Source of the DNA: Naegleria gruberi
Taxonomy: Eukaryota
Reading direction: 5' to 3' (one strand)
NCBI GenBank assembly: GCA_000004985.1
Contig: GG738850.1
DNA length: 64,000 nucleotides
In this document: piece by piece, positions 46,001-58,138 of the stretch
Numbering within the stretch: the first letter of the stretch is position 1
Layout of the letters: the number at the start of each line of letters is the position of its first letter
Translations under genes and position numbers: made by a program
The notes under the pieces: model-generated
Told to the model about the DNA's origin: nothing
Databases searched by the model: none
Seen by the model: only the letters and a program-made list of their open reading frames with translations

Positions 46001-49000
46001 ACTTGTATCCTGATGATGTTTTGGGAGTAATGGCCAAATTATATGGTTACATTATTCAACATAATATTATTGTTGCTAAAACTTTAAAGTATGGCTTGAT
46101 TTGTGTCTTGACTGCCTTGTCAAGTACAGAAGTTAAAATGTTCCAATTTGGTCTTATTGCTCTCTCACTCTTCAAGACTAGAGTTTCCGAGTGGCCACAA
46201 TTCTGTGCTCACTTGAGAACAAAGGTACCACAAGTTTTTACTCACATTCCAGACTTGGCTCAACATGCTGCAAAGGGCTTTAGTATGGTTGATTCAATGC
46301 TACCAACAGATCAAATGACCATTCAATCTCCAACACTTCCTCCTACCTCTCTTTCTCCACAACCAATGATACAACCAAATACTGGTATGTCTTCTCCACT
46401 CAATGCTGGTTATTCTCAAATGCCAATTTCTCCACCAGTTTCTGCATCACAAGCTGGTATTTCAATGACAAGTTCTCCACCTCCACCAGTACAACAACCA
46501 ACCAAGGAAGATCCTCAAACTCCAACAAAGATTAAAAAGGAAGAAGAAAAAGATAGAGCCTCACCAGGCATTGGATTCCAATTGGATATTAGTACTCTTA
46601 CTAATCATGCTAACACTCAAGAAATTGAAAAACCTGACAATGACACTGCAGATAAGATTTTCTTTGTCATTAACAATCTCTCTCTTACCAATATGGACAA
46701 GTGTGCAGAATTGAAACAACTCTTGGCACCTAACCTCTATCCATACTTTTCTAGATATATTGTTGTTAATAGAGCAAGTTTGGAACCTAACTTCCATGCT
46801 GTTTACAGCAAAATGTTGGCTACTCTCCAAATAGAATCATTGGATAAATGTATCTTGAAACAGACTTATGAAGCCATTTCTGCCTTGTTAGATTCTGAAA
46901 GAATTACAACTAGCTTGTCAGAAAGATCACTCCTCAAAAATTTGGGAAGTTGGCTCGGTTTACACACTGTAGCAAAGAACAAACCAGTTTTACAAAAGGA
47001 TTTAGACATTAAGACTCTCTTGTTCAATGCTTATGAAAAGGGAAGGCTCATTGCTGTTATTCCATTTGTTTGCAAGATTTTGAACAATTGTTCCAAGTCT
47101 AAAGTTTTTGTACCACCAAATCCTTGGGTCATGGGTATTGTTTCATTGCTAGTTGAGATTCACTCCATTCCTGAATTGAAGCTTAACTTGAAGTTTGAAG
47201 TTGAAATGTTGTGCAAGACTCTCAAGCTCACACTCTCACAAGTTGAACAACAAAACAAGGAGAAGGGTGTACAACTTCTTGCAGGAAAGGTTCAAGTCAA
47301 GAAGAATAATCCAGATATTAACGCTCAAACAGGAGCTGAACAACCAACTACAAATGCTCCAACTACAGTACCTACTACTACTGGCACAACTTCAACCAAC
47401 AAGGCTGAAAAATTATTCAACATTCTCAAGATTTCAGATGCCAGTGTGGTAATTGCTGATTTACAAGACCAAGTCAAGATTTCAGACAGTCTTACCATCT
47501 TTAAGGATCAACCAGAGTTGAGAAAACTTGTTGTTATTGCCCTTGATCAAACAATTCGTGAGATTATTGCTCCAGTTGTCAAGAGAGCAGTTACAATTTC
47601 TTGTAGAACAACTGGTGAATTGATCATTAAGGACTTTATTGCCGAACCAGATTATCAAAAACTTGCTCGTTCTGCCAACTTGATGGTTTCCAATCTCGCT
47701 GCCAAGCTTGCTAAGGTATCATGCAAGGATTTACTCAAGTCTAGTTTGCAAGGTCATTTGAAGAGACTTTTGGAAACAGCCTGTATTAATCCAACTGAAA
47801 AGGTCAAGACATTGATCGAACAAGTTGTTAATGTTGTCAGTAATGATAATATTAATGTTGGTACTGCCTATGTTGAACAGGCAGCCAGAGACAAGAGTAT
47901 GATTGATGTAGCTGAAACACTTCAATCCGAAATTGAACTCAGAAAGGGACACCAAAATGGAGCTATTGGACCTTGGACCAACTATACCATGCCACCAGCA
48001 ATTCAAAGACTTCCTGACTTGTTGGCTCCAAAGAATGGACTCCACAGAAATCATCTCCAAGTTTATGAAGATTTTGAAAGAAAGATTCACTCTGAAAAAC
48101 CAAGAGAAGATATGTTACCAATCAATGTAGCTATTGATCAAGGAAAGGTAACACTTGCCAAGATTTTCGATTTTATCAACCAAGCTAAGAAGCAAGTTCC
48201 TTCTCTCTTGTTTATTCCTCCTCAAAGCGAACTCTACACAAACATTGCCAAGCTCAGATCCGTCTTGACCCAATCTGTCCAAGGTGGCGAAACTGCTGAA
48301 GAGCTTGTATCTGATTTGTTCAACAAGCTTTATGAAAATGATTTACCTATTGTCAAGGAGACTTGTGTTCTCTTGATGATGATTATCAGAGATATGGAAT
48401 CAGAATCCTCCATCCAACAAGTCACCAATCTTTGGAAGGGAATGAAGAATCAACAAAAGCTTGAAAAGGATATTACAACAGCATTGATTAGAGCAGACTT
48501 GTTAGATTTACCAAGTGTAGATAACGAATTGGTTTCCCTCTTGGCCGACCAATCTTGTGCTAACTTGACCCTTTCTTTATTATTGCACCTTATTCAAAAG
48601 CTCGTCTCTCATAAGAGTACTATCATGTTGAATGACTTACCAAAGTGTAGCAGCTTTATCCAAAATCATTTGAAGAACCTTCCTGAAAGCAATCATATTG
48701 CTTTAATGTTAGATCAAGCTTTGAAGACTGCAACTGCTTTACCTGAAAATACTTTGACTATCATGTTCAATGCTTCCTCAGATTTTGAATCCCAAGATAG
48801 ATTCATGATGAGAGATCAACTCACCAAGAAGCTTTTGGCTTGGGTTCACTTGTTTGATGCTCCAGTTAATCCAGGATTCCTTGGTATTGATTTGAGAAGC
48901 ACATCAGCATCTCTCTACCAATTGATCAATGAAAATAAGGAAATTTTATTGGCTGAATTGAAGGAAATTTCAAAGAATGATAAGTTCTTTGAAGAATTAA

Positions 49001-50376
49001 TTTTGAACATGCTCCAAATCACTTTGGAATACTATTACAAGTGTATTACTCCAGTTCCAGGTCAACAACAATTCAAGTTTGCTGATGCCTTTTCTGAATT
49101 GATTGGTAATTTGATCTTTGGTGAAAGTTATCGTGCCAAGATTGTTACTAGATTCCACATTACTCTCACAACTATCAAGCAATTCATCATTAGAGATCAT
49201 GACCTCCAACAAACCAACTTTAATCAAAGAATCTACTTGAGATTATTGTCCAACCTTCTCACTCAAATCAATACATTCTTGCCACAACCTGTTATCCAAA
49301 GTGCTGACTATCAAATTGATGAAAGAATTATTGAATTGAATGTTGAATTATTGAGTGCCTTTGCTGATGCCTTGAGTGAATTGGAACCATCTGCCTATCC
49401 TGGATTTGTATTTGGTTGGTTAGATTTGATTGCTCACAGACACTTTATGCCAAAACTTCTGTCACCTGTAGGCAAGAAGGGTATGCCAAAATTCCACGCT
49501 CTTGTTATGCACTTGTTCAAGTTCTTGGAACCATACTTGAGAAACATTTCCTTGAGCAATCCAGTCAAGCTCGTCTATAGAGCATCACTCAAGATTTTAT
49601 TGGTTCTCTTGCACGACTTCCCAGAATTCTTGTGTGACTATCACTTCTCTCTCTGCAATGTTATTCCAAGTACTTGCATCCAAATGAGAAACTTGATCCT
49701 CTCTGCCTTCCCTCGTCACATGAAGCTTCCAGACCCATTCACTCAAAATCTCAAGGTTGATTTGCTTCCAGAAATTAATGAACCTCCAAATATCCTCAGT
49801 GACTATATGTCCTACTTCACCAAGGATTTGAATGCTGATATTTTGGATAGCTTTGTTCTTACCAGAGATGTTAATATTTTGAATCAACTTTCAGCCAAGT
49901 TGAAGCTTTCTCCTCAAGAAGCTGAAGAAGTAGGAACAGCCTACAATGTCCCACTTATTAATGCTATTGTCATTTACACTGGTATCATTGCTACAAGACA
50001 ACAAAGTAATCCAGTCATTAATACTCCAGCCACTGATATTCTTCGTAAATTAATTTTCGAATTGGACTCTGAGGGACGTTATTTGGTTTTGAACTCACTT
50101 GCCAATCAATTGAGATATCCTAACATTCATACTCACTTCTTTAGTTGTGTAATTTTGAACTTGTTCCTTGAAACTGTTGATAAGGAATTCATCCAAGAAC
50201 AAATTACCAGAGTTCTCATTGAACGTTTGATTGCCAGTAGACCACATCCATGGGGCTTGTTGATTACCTTCATTGAATTAGTCAAAAATAGCAGATACAA
50301 GTTCTGGGAAAAGCCATTCATTCACTGCTCTGGTGATATTGATACCATGTTTCAAAATGTTAGATTTTCACTTTAA
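43037..50376 (+). CDS. CNOT1: CCR4-NOT complex scaffold subunit NOT1/CNOT1, about 2237 aa. Exons are 43037-43270, 43432-43744, 43845-44187 and 44553-50376, with introns of 161, 100 and 365 bp.
   Basis: Strong C-terminal NOT1 homology: LLVLLHDFPEFLCDYHFSLCNVIPSTCIQMRNLILSAFPRHMKLPDPFTQNLKVDLLPEINEPP. Also LANQLRYPNIHTHFFSCVILNLF and RPHPWGLLITFIELVKN. N-terminal exons match the CNOT1 N-terminus (LVITLDKNNYRGNVSEIEK resembles LVDNLTKKNYRASQQEIQH). Donors are GTTTGT, GTAAGT x2, and splice phases were checked as consistent. Confidence 0.85.
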
Positions 50377-50442
50377 ATAAATAATTGATATCAATTGATT
50401 GAAAATTCTCACTATTATTCAGTACAACTTCAATAAGTTATG

Positions 50443-51957
50443 TTAATTTATTGAAGTTTCATTCTTCATCTTCTCGTGTTGCATTCTCTTATAGTTTGGC
50501 TTGACTAAAAGTAAGCAAATAACTGAGAGAGCATAACAAGATAACAAAAACCACATTGAGTTTTGCATGGAAACAACTCTTGTTTTGTGATTAATAGGAT
50601 TGGTATGAGTTGTTTTGAGTGCTTCTGCTATGAAGATGAAAATTGCACTTGTCATTGACATGATTCCCAACATTAATCCACTGCTATATGACTCAGCAAC
50701 TGGGAATGTCAATTCAGTAGCTGTTTCCAAAATCAATGGAAGAGTTGGAACAGAGCAGAACCCAACAATATTCACAGCACACATGGCCATAATGAATGTT
50801 ACTTCTGATCGATCAGATAACAAATTGATTGAGAACCACACGTAACATCCCATTGTAATAAGGGAACAAAATGTTAAAATTGTCTTGAACCATTTCGTAC
50901 ATTCAGCAATAGTTCCAAATCTAATAATTGAATAAGTAAATGAGTTAAAACACTTAAAAGTACTTACATAAAACAACCCAAAACACCAGAGGCGATTACA
51001 GAAACACCCATATAGGCTACATCTGTCACCAAATAATTTTTTGGCATGACAAGTGAATTCAATTCAGTCAAGAAACAATTTAATGATCCAATTCCAGTAC
51101 TAAAAGAAATTAATAGTAGCCAAAAAGGAATATTCTTTGCCAAAGATTTCAATTGTTCAACAGTTGACATTGGCTTTTGAATTAACAGAGTTGATTCCTC
51201 AATTTCACCTTTTTCATTCGAAACTGAATTACTTGTTTCAATATTTGTAGTTTTCTTATCTTTAAAGAAGGCAATAACTAAAATCAACAAGATACTCGAT
51301 AATAATGCTTGTAATAATAGCAATCCAATCATTCCAAGATCATTATTGTAAGTGGCGTCACCTGCCAAAGCTGCCGAAATTCCAAAACTTGCTCCAGTGC
51401 CAAGAACGTTCAATAAAGATGAAAGAGTGGTGGCTATTGTTCTCTGTTGGGCTGGAAACCAAGTATTAGAAAGTTGAGTAATTGTATTGACCTATTTCGA
51501 ATAAAACAAGATTAAATTATCCTTCCATTCCAATATACTTACAATAAAAGGAGGTGCAACAGCTCCCACAACATATCCACTAAATCCAATCCAGAAATAC
51601 ATTTCATTTCCAGATCTAAATCCAGCAAATCTCATCCAAGCTCCAATAAAACTATTCTTCTCAATTAGTTCACTTTCTAATTTCAACTACTTACGACAAG
51701 ATTGACCCAAAAACAATAGTTTTCCTCAATCCCCACCGATTGACCAAATAAGCAGACAGTAAACTAGCTGGAAAATTCAACAATAAGAAAATTGTTGCTG
51801 TCATTGAAACTTTCCAACCTTCAACCTGTCTCATGTCATAATATTTCAACACTGAACTTGTAATGGAGGTAAAGTAGGTTTGATAGAATGCAGCCATGAA
51901 TGCTTGACTGGATTGCAACAATAAAATTATCCATTTTTGGTAGGATTTTTCTGACAT
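50443..51957 (-). CDS. Major-facilitator-superfamily transporter, FLVCR/MFSD7-like, with four exons: 51957-51695, 51651-51543, 51491-50968 and 50920-50443. Introns are 43, 51 and 47 bp. About 457 aa.
   Basis: FLVCR-like N-terminus: YQKWIILLLQSSQAFMAAFYQTYFTSITSSVLKYY...WGLRKTIVFGSIL. About 12 predicted TM segments. All donors are GTAAGT, acceptors are AATAG, AATAG and ATTAG, and phases are consistent. Confidence 0.65.
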
Positions 51958-52445
51958 GTTCCGTTAAATTATATTAAAAATTTAAAAATTGAAAAGAAAT
52001 AAATAATGATAGGAATGAATTATGGTACAAGATGGGCACGGGAAGGTATGGTACAAGTGGCGCTTATTTTTTTCTAATGAAAATGGTTCAAAAATTGATG
52101 ATGAACAATCGTCTTGGATAAATTAGGTTGGGTCCGCAATTCCGAAAGCCGAGCTCTCCAGGATTCCAGAGATCAAAAGAAGGCCATGGGACAACGTTGG
52201 ACAGACTTCATTATTGAGGTTGTGGATGCATTTCCTTGATTCAAATGGTTCTTATAAGTGGAAGGAGATGATTCCTGAATGAGCAGTTGAATGACTAAGA
52301 ACCCCAATAAAAATCCTTAAACAAATCATACAGCACCTCTGTTCCCAAGAAGAGAGAAACATTCATTGACTGGTTTCCTTAAAACTCCACATTTGAAATT
52401 CCAAATGAACTTGAGAATCCTCAACTCAGTTCTCAACAAAAAAAA

Positions 52446-53771
52446 ATGTCCACGCACCAATCGCTTCCTTCTTCTTCTTCCTCTCTTCAGCATATTGAAC
52501 CTCATCAGCATCATCAACCTCATGAGAAGAAAGCCAATGATGATAATCATCAAAAAATACATAAATCAGAATGTTGTTGTGGAAAATCTAACAAAAAGGA
52601 AAATGTGATTTCGGAAAAGACATCTAGTTGTGGTTGTGGTTGTAAATGTGATCGTGTAAATAATAATATTAATAATATTAATAATATTAATAATAAGAAT
52701 GGAGTGGTGAATAGTAGGAATGAAGAGGAGAAGGAGCAACAACAACCAATTGTGAATAGTAATCATCAGCAATTGATAATTGTTCAAGATCAAGAGAATA
52801 GACCAAAACCAATACCAGCACCTCCGATGAATGATCAGTGTAGGGAATATTGTAAGAAGGTTTTAGATGGTTTATTGGAGGAATATGAATTGTTGAATGA
52901 TTCGAATAGTGAAGAGTCTTGTTGTGATAAAATTCAAACTAATCTCAATTCTAAATGGCCTAAACATATAACAATATGTGGAATTGGAAGTTTACTTTCT
53001 GAAAAATCAGCCAGAAGAACTTTTCCTAATTTAATCAACTTTAGAAAGGCAATTGTAAAAAATTATGTCAGATGTTTCAATTTGGTGGCAATTTCTAGTT
53101 TAAATTTTGGTGATTTGGAAAAGAGGAAAATTGCATCAGTTGCTGCAGTTCATCAATCAGATTTAGAAGAAGAAACTATTAGAAAAATTATTCGATTACA
53201 AAGTCAAGACGAAACAAGACAAGAAATTGAAATGCACTGCTCAGTTTTTGAAATTCCTTTGACAGAGGAAATTTGGTGTGCATACATGACACGTGAACAT
53301 CGATACGAATTCAAATTTATCACAATTGACCAAGATTTTCAAAATGGAGTCATGCAAGCATCATGTTCCTGTTGTGAAAATAACTGTCAATGTTCTGAGT
53401 TTTCCTCCTGTGGATGCAAAGCACTCATGTGTTGTCAATTCAACGATGATTCGTATAGAATTGAACGATGTTCCAGTTACGAAAATGAATATCATGAAAG
53501 AGTAGCTCAACACTTTCAAGGTCGATTATGGTACCACACCAAACATGTACAAAACGAGAAACACATTCACAATAATGAAATTCCCATCAAACCAATTCCA
53601 AAATATTTGGAATTATGTTTCAATGCTGCTCTAGAAATGGGAAGATCAGCATTTGAGAATTTTCTCCAAACAAGTGTGATGGCAGATGGTGTAACCTTAC
53701 TGGAAGATTATCTGAAAGTAGAAGAACCTGAATTGTATCAGAAATTTATTGGAAATCAACAAGATTTGTGA
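52446..53771 (+). CDS. Cys-rich, low-complexity N-terminal protein (441 aa) with a possible gamma-glutamyl cyclotransferase (ChaC/AIG2)-like core. The core assignment is tentative.
   Basis: CCCGKSNKK...CGCGCKCDR, a (NIN)n tract, HITICGIGSLLSEKSARRTFPNL (GGCT-like YGSL-type motif), and later Cys-rich CSCCENNCQCSEFSSCGCKALMCC. Confidence 0.35.
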   Translation: MSTHQSLPSSSSSLQHIEPHQHHQPHEKKANDDNHQKIHKSECCCGKSNKKENVISEKTSSCGCGCKCDRVNNNINNINNINNKNGVVNSRNEEEKEQQQPIVNSNHQQLIIVQDQENRPKPIPAPPMNDQCREYCKKVLDGLLEEYELLNDSNSEESCCDKIQTNLNSKWPKHITICGIGSLLSEKSARRTFPNLINFRKAIVKNYVRCFNLVAISSLNFGDLEKRKIASVAAVHQSDLEEETIRKIIRLQSQDETRQEIEMHCSVFEIPLTEEIWCAYMTREHRYEFKFITIDQDFQNGVMQASCSCCENNCQCSEFSSCGCKALMCCQFNDDSYRIERCSSYENEYHERVAQHFQGRLWYHTKHVQNEKHIHNNEIPIKPIPKYLELCFNAALEMGRSAFENFLQTSVMADGVTLLEDYLKVEEPELYQKFIGNQQDL

Positions 53772-54031
53772 AATTCGAATGAGGACTGCCTTTTCAATTT
53801 CGAAATCAACTTTGAAGCTCATCAAATTCCTCCTTGGAAGCTCAAATTTTCAGACGCACAATTATAAATTTAAACACGCACTCCACACAAACAATAATTT
53901 TTCCTTATTTGAAATGTGTGCGACTGTAAAATAAATTACAACGAGGAAATTGATAGAAATTACGCACGCTGGAGGATATTTAAATGAATCCGCTAACATG
54001 TTTCATCCACAAACAATAAACTCAAAAAAAA

Positions 54032-54697
54032 ATGTTTCAATCCTCCTTGTTCAATTTCAATAGAGAATATTACACTTCCAATAAACGAAAGAAGAATAAT
54101 CACAATACGAAAGTGAAAGAAAGTAATGATGTGATGGGAATGCCAATCGATTTTTCGATACCTGTGACTTTGACAGATCATAACGAGAAGGATTTTAATA
54201 CCAATTCCTCCTTTTGGAGTTCGAATGGAATGTTTGGACTTTCGAATAATGCTTTTGCACATTTAAATAATACTCTACAAACCACTCAATATACATCCAG
54301 CAATATGAATCAAGATTCTCCAAATACATCCCCTGCATCATCATCCACCACCATTCCAATGCAAATGATTCAAGAACGAGTAGAAACTAGTTTACCTAAA
54401 CATTATTCGATACATATCGAATTGGATCATGAACAACAACATTATCCACAATCAAATATTGATCATCAACAGCAGCATCACCAACATTTGAATCAGAAAT
54501 TCGTTTCACAAGAAGAATTTTTCCAACAAGTTTATGCTAGATATCAATCCACAGATTCAGATGCACTTTCGAATAATTCATACCATTCAAATACATGTAG
54601 CAATAGTACACTCAGTAGTAGTACAAGTGGTAACAACAATCTTGATGGACAGGAGGTTGCCACAAGTATCTTTACTTCATTCTCATTTTGGGGTTAA
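54032..54697 (+). CDS. Possible low-complexity Q/H/S-rich protein (221 aa). Weak call.
   Basis: ORF only. The composition is biased (HQQQHHQHLNQ), and no domain was recognised. Confidence 0.25.
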   Translation: MFQSSLFNFNREYYTSNKRKKNNHNTKVKESNDVMGMPIDFSIPVTLTDHNEKDFNTNSSFWSSNGMFGLSNNAFAHLNNTLQTTQYTSSNMNQDSPNTSPASSSTTIPMQMIQERVETSLPKHYSIHIELDHEQQHYPQSNIDHQQQHHQHLNQKFVSQEEFFQQVYARYQSTDSDALSNNSYHSNTCSNSTLSSSTSGNNNLDGQEVATSIFTSFSFWG

Positions 54698-54993
54698 CCA
54701 TTTTATTCGAAACACCACAAAACTAATGTTGTACACTAAATGTAAATAAAATTTCATTTTGATAAAAGATTCACTTCGATCAAAAAGTTCATTTAATTGA
54801 AACTTTAGTAACATTTAATGATAATTCTTTTTTAGTGTCTTGAGCTGTCCACAACTTATTGTAAAGTCTTTGTCAACTGCTCTTTTGACAAAAGTTCGCC
54901 CAAATTATTCGCTCTTTCCATTTCAACCTTCAATTTTAAGCGAAATAAAAACCTGCCCATGGTTGCAAAGAGTGAAATTTTCAAACAAAAAAA

Positions 54994-55872
54994 ATGAAAC
55001 TCTTCATTGTGTGCGTTGTAATGATCATCTTTATGGTCGTCTCGTGTGAAATTGTTCAGTGTCAACTTTATTCCTATTCAACAAATGCGTTTTATTCTAC
55101 TGTTACTGTTACTGACGATTGTTTCGTCAATATTGCCGAATCTTTCACTATTCGAAACTTTGGTTCCAATCCAATTACACAATTTTCCAGATTTATTAAA
55201 AGAGATGATGATAGGAATGTCGAAGTTGTTCAACGTTCCATCCAAGTTCAATCATTCAATAATAATAATGTTGTGAACACTTCACTTGTTTACAATGATG
55301 AATTTATTGAATTGCAATTTTCTTTGAAAGATCCAATTGGGAGATATGGTGGCACTGCAAGCATTCAATTGAGTTATCAAATGTCTGGTCCCTTAATTGT
55401 TGGTAATATTGTAAGTTGTAAATACTTTACAAAATATTTAAAAATATTATTATAGAATGATATGGTAAAATTGAATTATACTGGTCCAGTGGAGATATCC
55501 CCAAGTAGTATTGCCATTAAATTTACAGATCAAGTTAACAATTTACATGGTTATAGACAATTTCAAATTCTACCATATATAGAAGGTATTACAACAATTA
55601 CTGAAAATTCAGTTACTTGGGCTTTTAATGAAAAGGGTTACAAAAATCCAAGTGTACAAGTTGAATTTCCATCCTTGAAAACATTTGATATTTGTAGAAC
55701 AATTCCAATCGGTTCCTTGCTATCGATTAGTATTGTAAACTTGATGGCAATTATATTGTTAAATATTATGCAATTTATTATAATTATTGGCATGTGTATT
55801 TCCAAGTTTAGAAGTGGTAAGGCCTATGGTTTTGTTGGAAATGAAAATATTGGTTATGGCTCTTCACATTAA
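54994..55872 (+). CDS. Type I membrane protein (~277 aa) with two exons, 54994-55410 and 55456-55872, separated by a 45-bp GTAAGT...TATAG intron. It has a signal peptide and a C-terminal TM helix.
   Basis: MKLFIVCVVMIIFMVVSCE (signal peptide). The junction reads ...PLIVGNI|NDMVKLNYTGP. The TM helix is IGSLLSISIVNLMAIILLNIMQFIIIIGMCI. Confidence 0.55.
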
Positions 55873-56106
55873 ATTATTCAATTGTTCAACTATTCTTGTA
55901 AAATTAATCTTTTTCCATAAATCTTGAATAAATATAAATAAAAATAAAATACCACCACAGCTGTATGTTTAACAATTCCCTCCCTTATATCCTGGTAAAC
56001 AACTACAAAAATCAGAATTACAAGATCAATGTCCAAACACTTTCTAGAACAAATGGATTTCAATTTTGAGTGTCACTAAAATAGTTTTGCAATAAAAGAG
56101 ATAAAT

Positions 56107-57546
56107 TTATCTTCTACGAGCAGATACAGGAGCTGCAGCTCTATGAACAACAGCAGCACGATGAACCACTGGAGGTGGTCTGGCAGCTCTTGGTGCTGGA
56201 TTACTGACTCTAGGTCTGCTTGCATGAGTGACTGGTCTAACATGATTGACAGCACCTGCTCCAGTTGTTTTTCTGGTATTTCTTGGTGAAGGAGAGGGTC
56301 TATTATTGCTCAATCTTAATGGTTTATGTGCTCTAGCATTATTTCTTGGTTTTGGACCATTAATGATTGATGGTTGACTTGGTCGATTTCTATTGCCTCT
56401 ATTACCAGCAGGAACACGCATTGGTTTAGTATTATTGACAGATCCATTTGGAGCATTTCGTATCTTCTTACTCAATTGGGAGATTACATTCTTCAAACTT
56501 CCTTTCATTTCTTGATATTTTGGCGGTAATGAAACTTTCTTAAATGCACTCGATTTACTAATACTTCCAGTGAGCAAACCAATTGATTCAGTAATAGGTG
56601 TTGCACTCTTAACAACTCTTGGCATGACACTGCTTTTCACAGTAGCTTCCAATGGTGCCAATTTACTTTGGGAGAATTTAGTAATGGATTTTCCTAATAA
56701 GGAAGCAATTTGACTGGATTGAGGAAAACCCAAACGTTCCAATGTTTCAGCAATATTACCTCCCAATTGAACTCCCATTAAATTCACACCACCTGCATAA
56801 CTTCCAAATTTATCCATAATTTCTTTAATTTTTTCTGGAGTGAAAGTTGAAGCTCCACCAGTTTGTCCTCCGTCAAGCATTTGTCCCAATTGACCACCGA
56901 TTTGACCACTTACTTGTCCAATAATTTGATTTGTGATTCTTCCAATTTGAGAAGAAATAATAGATCCAAGACCCTTGAACATGGTTTCAGCGCCTCCACT
57001 AGTTTCCTCAATTGAAACAGGACCATTTGGTCCCAATTGACCAGAAGCAGAATTTGAATTTTCTGAATTCATTGCAATATCTTTCAAGGAACCTTTCAAA
57101 ATATCAGAAGCTGGATGAGCTGATCTTTTAGAAAATAATTGAATGTACTGAGCTAACAATTTCTTCAAATTACTTGTCTTGTCATTGTCAGGAAGTTGAT
57201 TGTAAATTTCTTGAAGTTTTGAAGCAAATAGAAGATACTTTTCTGCAATGACAGTTTCGTCTGATTTGGAAATTATGTTCTTGGCTGTTTTGATTACATC
57301 TCTACTTTCGTTTGCGATTTCTCTGCTGACTGTTTGTTGTGGTTTCGAATAGTTTGGAGTTTCGTCCAATTGCATGTCCACATGCTTTCTTGTCTCAGGT
57401 CTGTGAGTAATGGAAACATGCTTCTTTCCCCCTGAAATATTCACATTCACATCCATGCGAATATCTAACGCGCGACTTGCCTCAAGATGACACAAAACTG
57501 TCAACGCAACAACTGTCAAAACTGTCAGAACTGTTGTAGCTTTCAT
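56107..57546 (-). CDS. Secreted repetitive protein (479 aa). It has a signal peptide, a Gly/Gln-rich (GQ)n-like middle region, and an Arg/Pro-rich basic C-terminal tail with a repeated VVHRAA motif.
   Basis: MKATTVLTVLTVVALTVLCHLEA (signal peptide). Middle region ISSQIGRITNQIIGQVSGQIGGQLGQMLDGGQTGG. C-terminus ...RAARPPPVVHRAAVVHRAAAPVSARRR. Confidence 0.55.
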   Translation of the reverse strand: MKATTVLTVLTVVALTVLCHLEASRALDIRMDVNVNISGGKKHVSITHRPETRKHVDMQLDETPNYSKPQQTVSREIANESRDVIKTAKNIISKSDETVIAEKYLLFASKLQEIYNQLPDNDKTSNLKKLLAQYIQLFSKRSAHPASDILKGSLKDIAMNSENSNSASGQLGPNGPVSIEETSGGAETMFKGLGSIISSQIGRITNQIIGQVSGQIGGQLGQMLDGGQTGGASTFTPEKIKEIMDKFGSYAGGVNLMGVQLGGNIAETLERLGFPQSSQIASLLGKSITKFSQSKLAPLEATVKSSVMPRVVKSATPITESIGLLTGSISKSSAFKKVSLPPKYQEMKGSLKNVISQLSKKIRNAPNGSVNNTKPMRVPAGNRGNRNRPSQPSIINGPKPRNNARAHKPLRLSNNRPSPSPRNTRKTTGAGAVNHVRPVTHASRPRVSNPAPRAARPPPVVHRAAVVHRAAAPVSARRR

Positions 57547-57699
57547 GTTGTGGAATTTTTTTGTTGATATCTAACCAAAGCTCAATCTGATTTGTTGGTT
57601 GACCTTTGCTTTTCACTTTCTTTTTGGTTCGATTATAATCATGTTACTTATCCGAATAGGTTTTGGACAATTTATCCAAGGCAAGAAGATTATATTTGG

Positions 57700-57775
57700 A
57701 CATTTATTGGATTAAGCCATTTAGATGTCAACAAAACCATTAAAAATATATTATTTACAATAGAAATTTAAAGTA
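57700..57775 (+). repeat. ~75-bp direct repeat, copy 1 (TTATTGGATTAAGCCATTTAGATGTCAACAAAACCATTAAAAATATATT...AAATTTAAAG). Copy 2 lies at 59677-59745, so the pair brackets the LRR gene.
   Basis: Direct comparison of the two regions gives about 85% identity with small indels. Confidence 0.75.
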
Positions 57776-58138
57776 CTCGTGGACAAACTATTCGAAAGAT
57801 ACTTCAAAGTTAAAGTAATAGATCTATACAACGTGTCTACAATTAATCTTTAATATGAACTTAAAAAGTAGGTCATACCCTTTGAATGTTTTTAAAAACT
57901 CACCTTTCTAACATATCAGTAGAATTAGGATGTTGAACTGAGCTAGAATTCTTTCCTTACTTTTAAAAGTCGACAGGTCCTTATTCGTCTTATTGGTCAC
58001 ACAACACTAAATCCTGACATATGACTCTTAATAGATCGTTGAGTCATTTAATTTCTATGCCTTATCTGTTAATTGGTTTTCTCGTGTCCTTTCTTTCAGT
58101 CTTTATCAAATCTAAATAAAAGAACAACTTTAAAAAAA

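Noticed and set aside
52326-52608. Overlapping small ORFs 52326-52562 (-) and 52366-52608 (+)
   Set aside because: They overlap the 5' end and promoter of the 52446 gene, and they are low-complexity and basic. Most likely they are chance ORFs in a GC-richer spacer.
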